Notes under the pieces: generated by a model
The model's input: only the letters and a program-made list of their open reading frames with translations
The model's database searches: none
What the model was told of the DNA's origin: nothing
Position numbers and translations under genes: made by a program
Assembly (NCBI GenBank): GCA_013239625.1
Contig: MU053365.1
Location: 684,001 to 748,000 of the forward strand
DNA from: Lama guanicoe
Taxonomy: Eukaryota
Length of the DNA: 64,000 nucleotides
Direction: 5' to 3'
In this document: positions 1 to 12,952 of the stretch, piece after piece
Numbering within the stretch: position 1 is the stretch's first letter
Layout of the letters: every line of letters begins with the position of its first letter

Positions 1-199
1 GACATCATTTCACTTTTCCCACGAATACTCATTCAAACGGATCTTAAGCGAAACGATTTCTTTCAATCTCTAAGCCTCTCAAATGTTTAGAAAACCAAGT
101 CTGTGTGATTCTTTTAATATTAAAGACCACTCATGGTCTCCAGCACGGAAGTTACCTGAAATCAACCAATGGTTCCAGCCAAGAGAACACTTCATCTGG

Positions 200-290
200 C
201 CCCTTCATTTTAAATGTGAGAAAACTAAGGGCCAGAGAGGGGCGGTGATCAGCCCAGAAAGATGGAGTGCAGGTCCCCTGAGACCCACTG
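200..290 (-). mobile_element. MIR SINE fragment (core)
   Basis: cccttcattttaaatgtgagaaaactaagggccagagaggg resembles the reverse-complement MIR core (cccattttacagatgaggaaactgaggc). Confidence 0.55.
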
Positions 291-327
291 TTCCTTATAT
301 TAGATGGGGCTATGGCGAACTGGAAAG

Positions 328-332
<5 letters not shown>

Positions 333-368
<36 letters not shown>
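333..368. repeat. (GAT)12 microsatellite
   Basis: 12 perfect GAT units read directly. Confidence 0.97.
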
Positions 369-370
<2 letters not shown>

Positions 371-454
371 ACTGTCTGGGCAAGTCATACTAGAATCAAT
401 GATCACATGGTGCATCTTAATTATTGCTGACTGCAAGGACCATGAAAGCCTTAA

Positions 455-654
455 GATCAAAGACTGAGGTTTCCCAGAGTAGAAGGAATTCTGCCTCCAG
501 ACTACAACATTCTAAGTTTCTAACCTTCGGACCCAAAACTGTAACAGCAAGTCTCATATGAATTTCCAGCCGGCTGGCCTGCCGTACAAATTTCACTCAC
601 CAGTCTGCACTCATGTGAGAGTCAATTCCTTAAATCTCTCTCTCTCTCTCTCTG

Positions 655-727
<73 letters not shown>

Positions 728-779
728 ATGTATAAAACACCTCCTGTTGGTTGTTTCTCTGAATAACCTGACTAATACA
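455..779 (+). mobile_element. MLT2-type (ERVL) LTR, 3' part
   Basis: ctgaggtttcccagag..gaattctgcctccagact..caattccttaaat..ctgttggttgtttctctgaataacctgactaataca matches the recalled MLT2 LTR 3' half, ending in the canonical ...gactaataca. Confidence 0.8.
635..727. repeat. Compound microsatellite (TC)n(TGTCTC)n(TC)n(TA)n(TG)n inside the MLT2 LTR
   Basis: Read directly; lies where MLT2 consensus carries a TC/TA tract. Confidence 0.95.
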
Positions 780-1112
780 GTGCTCAACCTGCGTGCACTA
801 AACAAACAGAAACCACTGACAGAGCTCTCAGAAGGGGCCACCTCAACTATACGTACACTTACTCGTTAATCATCAGAGTATAGACGCATGAGTAAAACAT
901 CGCACCTCACCTCGACTTTTTCAGGTTTGAGAATATTTAATTTTTTAATCACTCAGGAGCTAGTTTTCAAGTCAACAGCTGACAATGCTAAAGTAACTAA
1001 GGGGAAATTAGTGGTACAGTCCTACTCTTCTCAATGTTTTAACATCATAAAATAGTAATTACAAATCACCCAACACGGATCCACGTAAATAAGATACATT
1101 TCTGTATTTCTA

Positions 1113-1246
1113 TTTACCTGTTTATTTTCTCTCTCCCACTGGAACGCAAGCTCCTGGTGGATGGCCATTCCATCTTATTCACTAATATGTCCCCAGCCCC
1201 TGGCAGAGTGCCTGTCACAGAGTAGGTGCTCAATAAATAGGATGAA
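1113..1246 (+). mobile_element. L2 LINE 3' end
   Basis: aagctcc..tccccagcccctggcagagtgcctgtcacagagtaggtgctcaataaata is the typical L2 3' terminus. Confidence 0.8.
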
Positions 1247-3973
1247 AAAATCAACAGATTATCCTAACTCATTTTATTCAAAACGCACTCGCCACCCATA
1301 GCTAATGGGCCCCTCTGCAGGGTGCCTGGGCACGTCTATGCTCAGTAGTTGAGTCGAATGTTTACCACAAGGAAATTCTGTTTGTTCCCAAACTTGTTTA
1401 TGCCAGGTGTAGTTGTTACTGTGATCGCATAACTAAAAGAAACATAAATGGATTAAAAGTGAGTGGAAACCCAGACTGACTATTAAAACCTGAGCGTACT
1501 GGTTAGAGCAACTCGATTAAAATACATCACTAAAAAACTACTGTCAAATTAGTTGTGGATTAGAGCCCTGTCAAGGATTGCTTTTTTAAAAAATAGTAAA
1601 AAAAAACAAAATTCCAGAAGACTGCAGAAGACTTCAGGGCTGAGACAGCTTCTTAAGTGCTTTAAAGCTCTCATTCCACCTCAAAGAAATAAACTGGAAA
1701 TGGATGATGACTGTGCATTTATGCAAGAAAGTCAACACGGAACATTAACCAGTCTTCCAATACTTCAAAAAAGACCATCAAAAATTAGTCAAAAAAATAT
1801 TTTATACATGTTAAGTTAAAATACAATGGTTTATGTATTGTCATTTTTCAATAATTCCCCCCCCCGACTGACTTTTTGTTTAGTTAACCAACTACGGGTC
1901 CCAATCTCATCCAACAGGGAGGCTTCTGCTCTGGTATAGGGACTGTAATTCAGAAAACAGAACGTCCTTATTAGCTCCTGCATCACGCCTACTGCAGCAG
2001 CCAGACCAGGCCAGCTCCCTGAGATCGCCTCTTCTGAACTCATAAGCTTGTTTGGATCATAAGCTTTTACTGCCTTGGACAGCTCTCCCTAGAGAGCGCC
2101 TTCTACCGTTAGTTTGCGCTCCTGAGTGTTGCCAGGTGTGGGAAGACTCGCTGATATCACCAACAGAGGGCAGGCCAGGAAAGAGACCGAGCTGAAAAAG
2201 GCCCATCCATCCTTTACGGTATGAGTTGGGAGCTGTCATAAAAGGCGTTCCTGACATGAGTGGTTACTATGGTTGGCTAAAATCTGGAGGCTAAACAGGC
2301 ACTGCTTTTCCTTTAGGGACAACAGGGTCTTGAAATTTCCTAGAGAAAAAAGAAAGAGTCCCAGCAGGGGCAGAGGCGCCAAGATCTGATAGAAATGTAA
2401 ACTGACTTGCTCAAAAATCACAAAGCATGATCAGAATCTTAGTAAGACTAGAATCCAGCCCTTCCAATATGGACGTCTCTTCTAGAGTAAGGCCACTGAG
2501 CGACAACTCCAAATCACCATACAAAGATGATGTGACCATGTTCTGCATCGAGTCCAGGGCCATGGTACAGGTGAGAAAAAAATGCAGTAATTTATAATTT
2601 CAGTGTCTCCTAAATGAATGGATTAACATAGATTTTTTTCCCTAGGATCCTGACCTTATGTTTTGGGGGAGTTTTAGGGTCCAGCTATGGAGAAGAATGG
2701 TATGACAGAGAAGAGTGCTTGGAAAAATGAAGACAATCTTTTTTCCAAACCCAACTCTCCTGCCATCTCGCTCACTCCTTCACATTTGCTAACCACAAAC
2801 CACCACGGGTGGATTTCCTAAGAAAATCACTTACGAGACCACTGAGTAGGAATGAGAGACAAGCCTTCCTTTATACAACCAATGGCCCGAGGCACCATTC
2901 CCCAAGAAAAAGTAATGCCTTTGACTCCCATCCTGGTGACAGCTCTGCCCAGGCTGAGTTCCCGGCTTTGACAATGCTAACTCCATCTGCACGCTCATGT
3001 CAGCGGTATGCTGAAGACACGGCCCTCCCAAGCTAAGCACAAAAGGGCCTGCATTGAGGTGGTAATTACTGTCACTCTCTGAAATGATGAACCTTTAATC
3101 ACATGGAGGAAAATGCTTTGTCAGGACAATAATCCCAATTAAGAATTTCTTGGCAAAATTGCTAAAGCAAACAAAAATACGCTGGTTGATAAACCAGAAC
3201 TTAGAAAACCACATAGCCAAGTGTGAAACAGCAGTCACCAAGGCTGTCCCTTGGGAAAGTCACCCACGGAGGCAGGATTGCCAAACACTGATGCGATCTA
3301 TTTAGACATCAATCCTCCCCTTGACTTCTCTATGTAGCTCATGTAGCTGGGGTCTCAGATACACAAAATATGATAAATCTTCCCCATGCGGCTGTTTACA
3401 GAACGTACAGGTGGAATGTGCTCTTGTCAACAGGAGAAGTCACAGGTTAAAGCAACATCTCCCCTTCCACCCATCTCTCGTCTTCTGGCCAACCTACCAC
3501 CTTTCAGAAGATCAGTAGTGAGAATAAAAATGAAACTCGTTTTTCTCTCAATCTATTTCTGAACAGCTGTGCTAAAGAGATTGGACACCAAAGACCTTGA
3601 AGCTATCTGGGAAAGTAAGTTGAAGTGGGGCAGTTGGGAGGTTTCATTCATACAATGCGAACTCCAGGCTCAGCCGTATATTTGGTCTGAAGTCCCTGTT
3701 CCTGTTCCACCTCAACAGCCAGACTGCGCGCCCACACTTCATCCCCCGGGCCCAGCTCTGCCCTGCTGACCGCCGCCCCCGAGCCCTTTGCAAGGACTGT
3801 GCCCCGAGGATAAGAGAGGTCACAAGGGACGCCTGCAGGACAAATGGTTGGGTCTTTCTGAAAGCCATGAGGGACCGTATGTAGGGCTAATGGTGGAATC
3901 CTCCCAAACTCCCAGCTTGAGGGATTCTGAAGAGGAAGAACAGGCCATGGTGAAGGAAAAGAGAACATAAGGA

Positions 3974-4118
3974 GGGGGAGGGTCTAGCTCAGTGGTAGAG
4001 CACGTGCTCAGCGTGCATGACATCCTGGGTTCAATCCCCAGCAGCTCCATGAAAATACATACATACACACATACATACCTAATTACCTTCCCTCTCCAAA
4101 TTTTCTTTTTAATTTTAA
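3974..4118 (+). mobile_element. tRNA-derived SINE, camelid Vic-1-like
   Basis: ggggagggtctagctcagtggtagagc.. with A box (3985-3995) and B box ggttcaatcc (4028-4037), an A-rich linker, then cctaattaccttccc; degenerate TSD aaaagagaacataag (3957-3971) / aaaagagaaaatataag (4119-4135). Confidence 0.88.
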
Positions 4119-4710
4119 AAAAGAGAAAATATAAGACACTGAGGAAGAAACAGGAAGAAAACAACCGTGTCAATGTCCCCAGAGCCCTTGGGTGTTGTAT
4201 TTCTATTTTAACAGTTTTTGGCTTCTGATCAGCTGGGCCATAACCGCACTCAGCAGGCACGGGTAGTTCCTTTATCCTGATGGGTTGTCAGCAGTGAGTG
4301 GGTCTACGGCCACAAGCAAGACACAGGCGACAAACTGTTTCTGGTCGAAAAGTCTTGGCCAAGAGACATCCATTTTGGGTAGAAATCTCTTCCTGTGTAT
4401 GACTGGCCCGAGTCTTCCAATAGCAGAATCCACTGGTTTGGTCCATTTGTTTTCTTCATTAATAAAATTATAACCATGTGAAATAAATCCTGCCAGCTAA
4501 AATGAGGCCCTCTTGTAAAATCTACCTTTTACCAATTTCTGTTGATACCGTCATGTGGGGAAAGATTCATAAAGAAGTTAAAAGGTACAAGTTTTTGAAA
4601 GTTAGATTTATTCAATCTCAAAGGTTATAAGCTACAATTGCCCCCTAAGAAAATAAGCTTTGTTTAATATTTAGAATTTTTTATAAGAGTTAGTTACAGT
4701 AGAAATAGAA

Positions 4711-4855
4711 TTCAGGTTATAAATATTTTCAGCTTCTTCTAATACTATAAACTATATATAATATATTAGAAGCTAAGAATTAGTTGTAACCCAAATATAT
4801 ATATATATATATATATATTATATTTTTAGAAGCTGGAAGTTATTTATAACCTGAA
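4711..4855. repeat. AT-rich imperfect inverted repeat around a (TA)n tract
   Basis: ttcaggttataaatattttcagcttct (4711-4737) is near reverse complement of agaagctggaagttatttataacctgaa (4828-4855). Confidence 0.85.
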
Positions 4856-6726
4856 GATACAGAGATAGATATATATATGTAGAGAGAGAGAGATGTATTC
4901 ATTGTATCATACACTCAGTATACTCTCACAAAATGTCACTTCTCTTTAAAGGTTTATCGTGTTCTCCCCGACCTAAGAAACCTTTCAATGGAAGGCAACA
5001 TTTTGCAATTCAAAGCTTTATATCATAATTCAGAGGAACTTTGTTGAATCTCTACTGGCAGCTAATCTTTCTAGTAACCAAATATTATGGCATCTTGGGG
5101 ATAGATATTTTGTGTGAGGTTCTTGCATGCTGAGTTTATCAAAAAGGTATACACAAGAAAGATTTTACAAGGAGCAAATGTAAGGCGACTGTAGATCGCA
5201 TCAACATAAAGAAATGGAAATGTCTTTTAAAACGTCCTTTTATCCTCAAATGTTGAAAACCATGTTCTTAGTTACTGTATTCTCTACCAACTTACCCATA
5301 AGATGCCAAAACAACCTCAAAGCGGGCTAAGGGCTACCAAAAGGCACACTGGCACAGCAATATTCATTAACAGTTCATTTTCATATACAGCATAGAGCAA
5401 AGGGGATTCACAGAACTTTGGGATGCAACGGGGTCGTGGCAGTTATAGGGTCCCAACTCTTCCCTGGGCTCCTTTGGTTTCCCTAGAGAAGTTAAATGAG
5501 TTTCCGGAGATCACACAGCCAGTCAGCGCTGGGAGGACGGTTAGAGGCCCGGCTTCCACACTTGCCCAGTGCGGTTTGTCTAAAGAAGCCGCACAACCAG
5601 GGGGAGACACAACACGGAATTTCAGCTAGACACCTCGTAAAGAGACGAAGGAGGCAGGCCTGCCGCTTGCTGTTTGTGCACTTGGGTAACCACGAAGGAG
5701 TTACCACATGCAGAGACTCGACTCCTACTCTAGGCCTCTCCAATGAAAGACATCTGGATGAAAATTGGAATTTTTAGTTGAAACCCCAGATATTTACAAA
5801 TACGTGTTTTCATCTAAATATTGGCTTGTGCGCAGACAGAGCCTTAATGTAGGTAAGTGGAAAAGAGAAAAATCACAAATCTCCGTGATTGCCTTCGCTT
5901 GGTGAGGGGGGCCAGGGTGGTATGTTCAGTATGCGTGAAGCGTTTTGAGATGTTTGCTTCGATGGATATTTTTAAACTCTTTCTAGCCATACATAGCATG
6001 CAGAAATTAACACAAGAATATCTTAATTGGGCCTATTTTATATACAAAAGAATAATGGGCTAAATGGGATGGAATGAATGCCATATTTATCCTTCAAGGG
6101 AGGAACGACACGATGATTCACAGGCTGCGATGCCAAGAGTATCCAGCCTTCTCATGAGTAGAATAAATATATCTGCTTTCATAATATTCTGCCTTCTAGT
6201 CCTTAAAGGCCCCCTAAAGGCACACATAGAAAAGAGATGGGAAAATCGGAAATGATCCATTTTAATTTCACATACAGTAATTTTCTGTCTGGGATTATGA
6301 TGCAGAGCCACAATAATGGGGTGACAACTGTCTAAACTTTAAAATGTCCAGAATGACACTGTCGACATCAAGTGTGACTTCCCAACGTATCACACACCTC
6401 CTATGTGCAAGGCAGCCATTGACAAGGAGACTCAACAATGTATGAGCTCATGAGGGTCTCTCCTTGGCTTCTGAGAGCGTCTTGTATTTCATGATTCTGT
6501 GGACTGTGGATTTACTCTCTTAATCAAAAATGGGCTGGAATTCCCTCAGCAGGGAAAGGACAGGAGGAAAAGGCAGGCACGAATTGGGCTGGGTGACAAA
6601 GGCCATATAAACTCGCTGCAGGCACTCAGAAATTAACAACAAAATATTCAGAGCTGAGCAAAAAAATGACTCTAGTTAACAGAAATGAACGTTCATTGGG
6701 GGAATAAAAAAAAGAAAGCGAGTGTA

Positions 6727-6950
6727 GAGGTTGAGGATTAACAGATACACATTACTATATATAAAATAGATAACAAGGAGCTACTGTATAGCACAGGGAA
6801 CTACATTCAATTTCTTGTAATAACATGCAATTGAAAAGGATCTGAAAAGAAAATATATATACATATGTATATGTATAACTGAATCACTTTGCTGTCCACT
6901 TGAAACTAACATTGTAAGTCAACTACACTTCAGTAAAAATTTGTTTAAAA
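6727..6950 (+). mobile_element. L1 3' UTR fragment (artiodactyl-type), 5'-truncated
   Basis: aacagatacaca..tatataaaatagataacaagga..ctgtatagcacagggaacta..actgaatcactttgctgt; flanked by degenerate gaaagcgagt / gaaagggagt. Confidence 0.9.
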
Positions 6951-7844
6951 AACGAAAGGGAGTAGGGGAAAATGACGTCTAGGATCTCTTGCATAGAATC
7001 ATTCATTCAAGAAAACTGATTAGTTCTTTGCCCAGAAGGAAGGGTAAGAGGAAACTTCAATAACCTCAAAGGGACAACGTGTAGGAAGTGAGCTGCTAGA
7101 GAAATCTGGATTCTGCTGACTCAGAAGGTAGGCTTCCACAACTCCTGCTGGCTAGGATGAGGTGAAACCATTCACGCTACCAAGCAAGGATCAGTCCTCG
7201 GAGGGGTTGCAAACTGGACTGCTGTATCTCATTTGTTTAATCTGGCCCCTAGCATCAGATCCACACATGGCATTAACAGACTCTATTCTCCGTCAAAAGG
7301 ACAATTCGGCTTTCCATTTGATTCTACAATGCCTAGGGTTTCAGAAAAGCATAGCAGGCTAAAAACAAACAAAACGTAGCTTGTCAGTGTCACAGGTGTG
7401 TAGGACACTGGGCTCTTGCAAAGTTGTGTGTAAATTAAACTATCATCTGTCAATTTCCACTTTCTCGTTGACTATTGTTTTAAGAATGGTTTGTCTTCAT
7501 TTCCAGTTGATCACCAACTGATAGTTCATCCTGACAATTCAGCTCCCTGTCTCTGATGGTCCCCAGCCTATCCATTAAGTTGTTAATGAGCTGCCAACGC
7601 TTTATATATCTTATGTAAAGAAATGTGCTCAGATTTTCTTCTGCCATTTTTTTCCTAAACTGGATATATGGTCGTTGTTATTAACTTAAAGAATTGATAA
7701 CAAAGCACTGGGCTTTGTTTTACAGAATATGCAAATGAAGGAGACATAAACCACTCTAATTCAGGCCCAAAGTACCAAGAAAGACATACAAAATGCTGCA
7801 GGAACGTGGCAAAGATTTTACCTTAGGCTACAAAGATCTGGAAA

Positions 7845-8040
7845 ACTTTCTCAGAAGAAATGAGGATGTGAGGCAGATCTTGACAGGTGAGTTAAGGTGC
7901 ATAATGCAGGGAAAGGCACTTCAGAGCGAGGGAACAGCCCGGGTAAAGACAGGAGACTAGAGCACAGGGTTCCCGAGGGTGTGTAATGGGAGACAAAGCT
8001 GGGAGCCAAATTGTGCTGGGGTTTTAATCCAAGCCCAAAC
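7845..8040 (-). mobile_element. L2 fragment
   Basis: gaaaactttctcagaagaaatgagg..gcagatcttga..cagagcgagggaacagcccgggtaaag resembles antisense L2. Confidence 0.5.
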
Positions 8041-9107
8041 ATCTGGCCTTGGTTTTGAGTGGGACGGAGAGGGGTGGAAGGCCACCCCATTGCTGAGCTC
8101 TTACAGGCAGCTGGCAAGGCTGGAGCACACCTCTAAACGTCCCCGTTCCCCCTGCGCCCTGGCTGTTCTCATTGTAAAGAGCTTAGGGTGAGTGGTCTCT
8201 TTTACTTAGTTAAATAAGGTCAATCCTCAGACAAGCCATTTCACGTTCATTTTCATCATTTCAGCAATTCTTGCCTGGGACAGCATCTGTATCCATTTAA
8301 TTCTCTTTACACCCATCCCCGCCCAGACCCTGCATCCCAGGGCATAACGAGCGATCCATTTCTTAAGATGATTTTCACCAAGACCTCCCTATGGATGCCT
8401 TCAAGATTTTGCACCTGCAATTGGCTAATTGCCAGCACAATGGGCCTCTTGAGCCTTCAAAATTAAGGATTTAACGTTAAGTGGGGAATTGCAAAGATAA
8501 ATGAAAGGCTGAATTCATGCTTCTGATTTCTATGGCCTCATATATTAGGGGGTGTAAAATGGAGGCAGGCCATAATGAAGTCCACAAACGGTCCTTCTGG
8601 TCACCATTGAGTGTCCGGCAAAGAGCCTCTGCAATTCAGAAACTGGTGTGAAAGACCGTCTTAAAACTGGTGATGTGATTATTATTATAGACTCAAAAGG
8701 CGGCTTCGACACAAGCGCGGCAATTATTTTGTAACTTTTGTGGAAGAGCAACCACGTCCCCTTTCCCTCCCTCTCCTTCTCAAGGGCCAATTTTAGAAAA
8801 AAAAAAAAAAAGCATATCACGAAGGCCACATTTTCCAGGGCCTCAAATGACTTGGGAATTTTCACCAACAGGCTCCTAAATAGGTGTACAACAGTTATGT
8901 CTTCTTACTAAACAGAAAACTGCCTTGTACTAAATGTTCAGTCCTAGCTTCTTCCTGTTCCCACAAGGTGAATTACCAAGTCACAAATCCAGCTCTTAAA
9001 GAGGCCACAAAACTGGGACAGGTCTGACGGCCAGCTCGCCTCTTTTTACTGTGAAACCCTCCAGAAATGTTTTTCCTCCACGGGCAGTGTCTGTCTTGAG
9101 AAGTCTC

Positions 9108-9315
9108 AGATACTAATTAATATACATAAAATAGATAAACAACAAGTTTCTACTGTATAGCACAGGGAACTATATTCAATATCTTGTAGTAACTTGTGAA
9201 AAAGAATATGAAAATGAATACATGTATGTTCATGTATGACTGAAGCGCTGTGCTGTGCACCAGAACCTGACACATTGTAAACTGACTACACTGCAATAGA
9301 AATATTTTTTAAAAA
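9108..9315 (+). mobile_element. L1 3' UTR fragment with TSD
   Basis: aaaatagataaacaacaagtttctactgtatagcacagggaactatattcaatatcttgt; TSD AGAAGTCTC at 9099-9107 and 9316-9324. Confidence 0.92.
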
Positions 9316-10736
9316 AGAAGTCTCCTCGTTTGCTAATACGGCTGCATAGACTTTTCAGTTTGGCAGCAATAGAGCGGCAACAGGTGGAGAGTGGTGTGGA
9401 GGGTTCCATACCTTCAGTAGAGAGCTGACCTCCTCATATTGGGGGCATCCTTGGAGGAAATTACAGAGACTATGCCTTACAGAAACAGTGCTCAGGAAGA
9501 GAGGGTTTTGTTCATAGAGGTTTCAGACACATACAGCAGGGAAAAAATCTGCAAAGATCCGAAATCTCTTTAGACAAGCCTGATAGGATACACGGACTGG
9601 AGCTTAGGAGAAGTCTCTATTCTCAGAACTGTAAGAGGTGTCTGTCTAACTGACCACAGAACTCACACGAACTTTCGCATAGTTTTGCAGTCCTAAAAAT
9701 GAGCCAGTACATAGTTTTCTATAGGAGACAGAGGGGACCTCCACGCGCAAGCTAAGAAATTAAATGTCAACATATTTAAATGGCATAAAGTGCCTGATTA
9801 ATAGCACAGGAAAATAAATCCCAGAACAAAAGGCCTGCAAAACTAATCCCTGTTCACACACACTGTTATCAAGGAATATGTATTTAAGGCTTACTGGGTG
9901 CTAAATGCTGAGTGCAGAGCTTGCCAATGTGGAAGGGATGGCCCCGATCGCAAGGTTATAGTTACCTGGAGAAATAAGACCTATTGACACATGAAGATGA
10001 TTAAGCAAATTAGACGCCCCCAGCAACTGTCAAATGAGTGGTATAGATTATAACCACCGGAGGGCTCAGAGCAGGGAAAATCCTTGAAGGCTGGAGTGGG
10101 CAACCAAGGCTTCATGGAGGGGTTGCAACTGGAGCCTTGCAAGATGGAAGGATGCTGAAGGAGGCCCAGGGAATGGAGACGACGTGAGACCCAGGGCTAG
10201 GACGGCACCCAGCCCACTCAGGGCACAGTGAGTGCCCGAGCCTGTGTGAAGACAGAGCCAGTTTTGGAGGAAGGCAAGCTCGGGAAAGCCAAGGATTTTT
10301 CGGGAGGGGGGGATCGTGGAAGGTATGCGACGCAGGCTGAACAGTTCAGACTTTATCAGATGGCTTAGGGAAGAAGTGATCTGTGCCAAGGAGGGCTCTG
10401 AGCTGAACTTGGAGTCAGATGTAAAATGGCTTAAAGGGGAAGAGACCATAAACAGGACAAAACTGCAGCATTGTTTGGTCAGTGGGAGACAGTGGTGGGA
10501 GACACCAAATAACAAATGGAAGGGCAAGTAATAAAATAAGGCGAAACAAGAGACTTCTGGGTTACCGTTACCAGTGTTTCAGATTTCAACTAGCATATCA
10601 TTGTGTTAACCACTTTTTATTCATATAGAAACTAGCCCCCAAGGTGCTTCTAGAACTCTGTGGAAAATCTTTCACTCAACCTCAAGGGAATGGGAGGATG
10701 GATGGGCATCTGAGGCACACAAAGGTTAGTCCACTG

Positions 10737-11182
10737 TGTGGCCGGCTGGATGATGTCCCCCCAAAAATGTCCACACCCTAATCCCTGGACTCTGTCATTA
10801 TGTCACCTTCTGTGGCAAAATGGACTTCGTAGAGGTAACAAAGGTTGGATCCTGATGTAGGGAAATGGTCCTGGATTATGCAGGTGGCCCACTGTTATCA
10901 CTGGGGTACTTCTAAGAGGGAGGCAGAGTCAGGAAGGAGAAAGGGGAAAAGGGAAGCAGAGGTCAGAGTGATGCAGGGCCAACAGCCAAGAGACACAGGC
11001 AGCCTCTAGGAACTGGGAAAGAAAGGCGAGAAAAGGGATTCTCCCCTAGAGCCTCAGAAGGAACACGGCCCTGCCAAACCATTTTAGACCTCTGACCTCC
11101 AGAACTGTAAGAAAATAAATGTGTGTTGTTTTAAGCCACGAACAGTGCAGTGATGTCACAGGAGCCATCGGAAACTGATGCT
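10737..11182 (+). mobile_element. MaLR solo LTR (MLT1D-like)
   Basis: tgtgg..ccccaaaaatgtccacaccctaatccctgga..cctggattatgcaggtgg..ttctcccctagagcctc..cctccagaactgtaagaaaataaatgtgtgttgttttaagccac. Confidence 0.88.
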
Positions 11183-12952
11183 GCTGCCAATGGATATGTA
11201 AATGAGAGCTCTCATTTTCACAGACTTATTATGCTAACCACTAGACCACAGTACCTGGTTTTTTTTTTTAATTTCAACAAATTGCAGATGAGACAGGAAG
11301 ACATGGAGAATAATCCAGAAGAAGCAGGCAACAAGCCAGCATCTCCCAAAAGAGCAACCTTCCAAAATTCAAATGCTTTCCTGGAAGTGTCACCTTCCAA
11401 GGAATAACATTCTCACAATCACAACACTCTCAGAGCATCAGCTGCTGTCAGTTTTAATAAATTAGAAAGCTGTATCTCAAGAATGCACCATGGAGAATCC
11501 TCCGGTGCCTAACACACAAGTACTCAGCCAGGGCCTTCCCTACCCGCCACTACACTTGACCCTGAAGATCCAAGCTTCAGCTGTCTAACCAAAGTCACAC
11601 TATCTAGTCCATAAATGGGCCTGATTCCTATTTCCCACTGGAAACACTAGGAAGACAGAATAATATTTGAAAAACACGGGTCTGAGTCATGAGAATTACA
11701 GAACATTATTTTAATAAGTTACTGCTTTTGGTGTTACTAATCCAGTTTATTCAAAGTGTTGTTGCCTCCTTAGCTTTATTTCCCATTTAACAAGCTCCCT
11801 GAATTACCTTTTAAGGGGAGTGTATTGTCCATATTGAGACTAAAAATACTTAAAAATATATTTTATTCTAACTCTTAACACAGAGGACTTTGCAAACGCT
11901 GATCTGACCAGTTGAGGCCAGTTCCCTAGGGGTGGAGATAACCCCATGCCATTCTCCAAATGCCAAGTTGCAGGAAAACCTAGTGCATCGACCGCATCAA
12001 CGCCCCAGCCTCTCCAGGCACGTGACCCACTAGACGTGCCATTGACGAGGCAGACATTCCCTTGGGGAAATCGACCCCCAGCTGACTCCATAAATCACTA
12101 CGCTTATAGACTACCAATGCAGCAGCTGCACACCTTTTATGGTTCCCTCAAAATAAGAGGAAAAACAGAAAAGGGAAGTACAACTAGATGTGAATCATTT
12201 GCCAGGATTGTTGTTTTCTGTTTTGTTTCTTCATTGTTTGGAGAGGAAATGCATAAAAACATAGCCATCATCTGACACTGAATACTGACAGGGCAGAGGG
12301 CACCTGACCAGGTAGAATAAACCCTGAGCTAGGAGTCCGGCACCCTGGTTCTTCTCAGTCGATTGGCCATTAACACGAGTCACCAAGTCAGCACAACACG
12401 GACCATTCTTACCACCCGTGACTCAATACCAAGGCATTTCCAATGAGGAAACGAGCATCCATGACGACAGTAATACACCCATACTGTGGACCAAGCACTC
12501 GCGCCCCACGTGCACAGACTCTCATTCTTAGACCAGCCCATCCTAGCTTACAGATGAGGGCAGTGAGGTTCAGGTTACTCAGCACCTGAGCCAGGAAAGA
12601 GCTCAGGGAAAAGCCAAAAGCTCTCATGCGTTCTGCTTTGCACTCCCTCCATGACTCCGGCTTCGGAAGGACGAGCTGCACGTGGGAGGGGCCCCTGAGC
12701 TCACAGAAAAGTCTCTCCTGGGCTGGAGGCCGCCTTTCCATCGAAGCTGGGAAGGCTCAGATTGGGTAACAATCCTCATGCTTGTTCCCAGGGTGGGTCG
12801 CCAGGGCCGTATCCTATGTCTGTGTCGACAGGGGTTATGTTATCTGTGTCTTGCTTAAAACGCACAGGTTGAGCTAGGAAAGTGCGGGGAAGATGGGGGA
12901 GAGTCAGCAAGGGAAGTACTGGCGGTACTGCTTCGACGAGAATTAAAACGCA

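Noticed and set aside
152..869. ORFs with poly-Ser, LSLSVSVS and ERETETE peptides
   Set aside because: Translations of microsatellites and the MLT2 LTR.
1831..2421. Run of short minus-strand ORFs as a possible processed pseudogene
   Set aside because: No recognisable homology, poly(A) tail or TSD.
3974..4050. Possible functional tRNA gene
   Set aside because: It has A and B boxes but continues into a SINE body with a degenerate TSD and no TTTT terminator directly after the tRNA-like part; it is a SINE.
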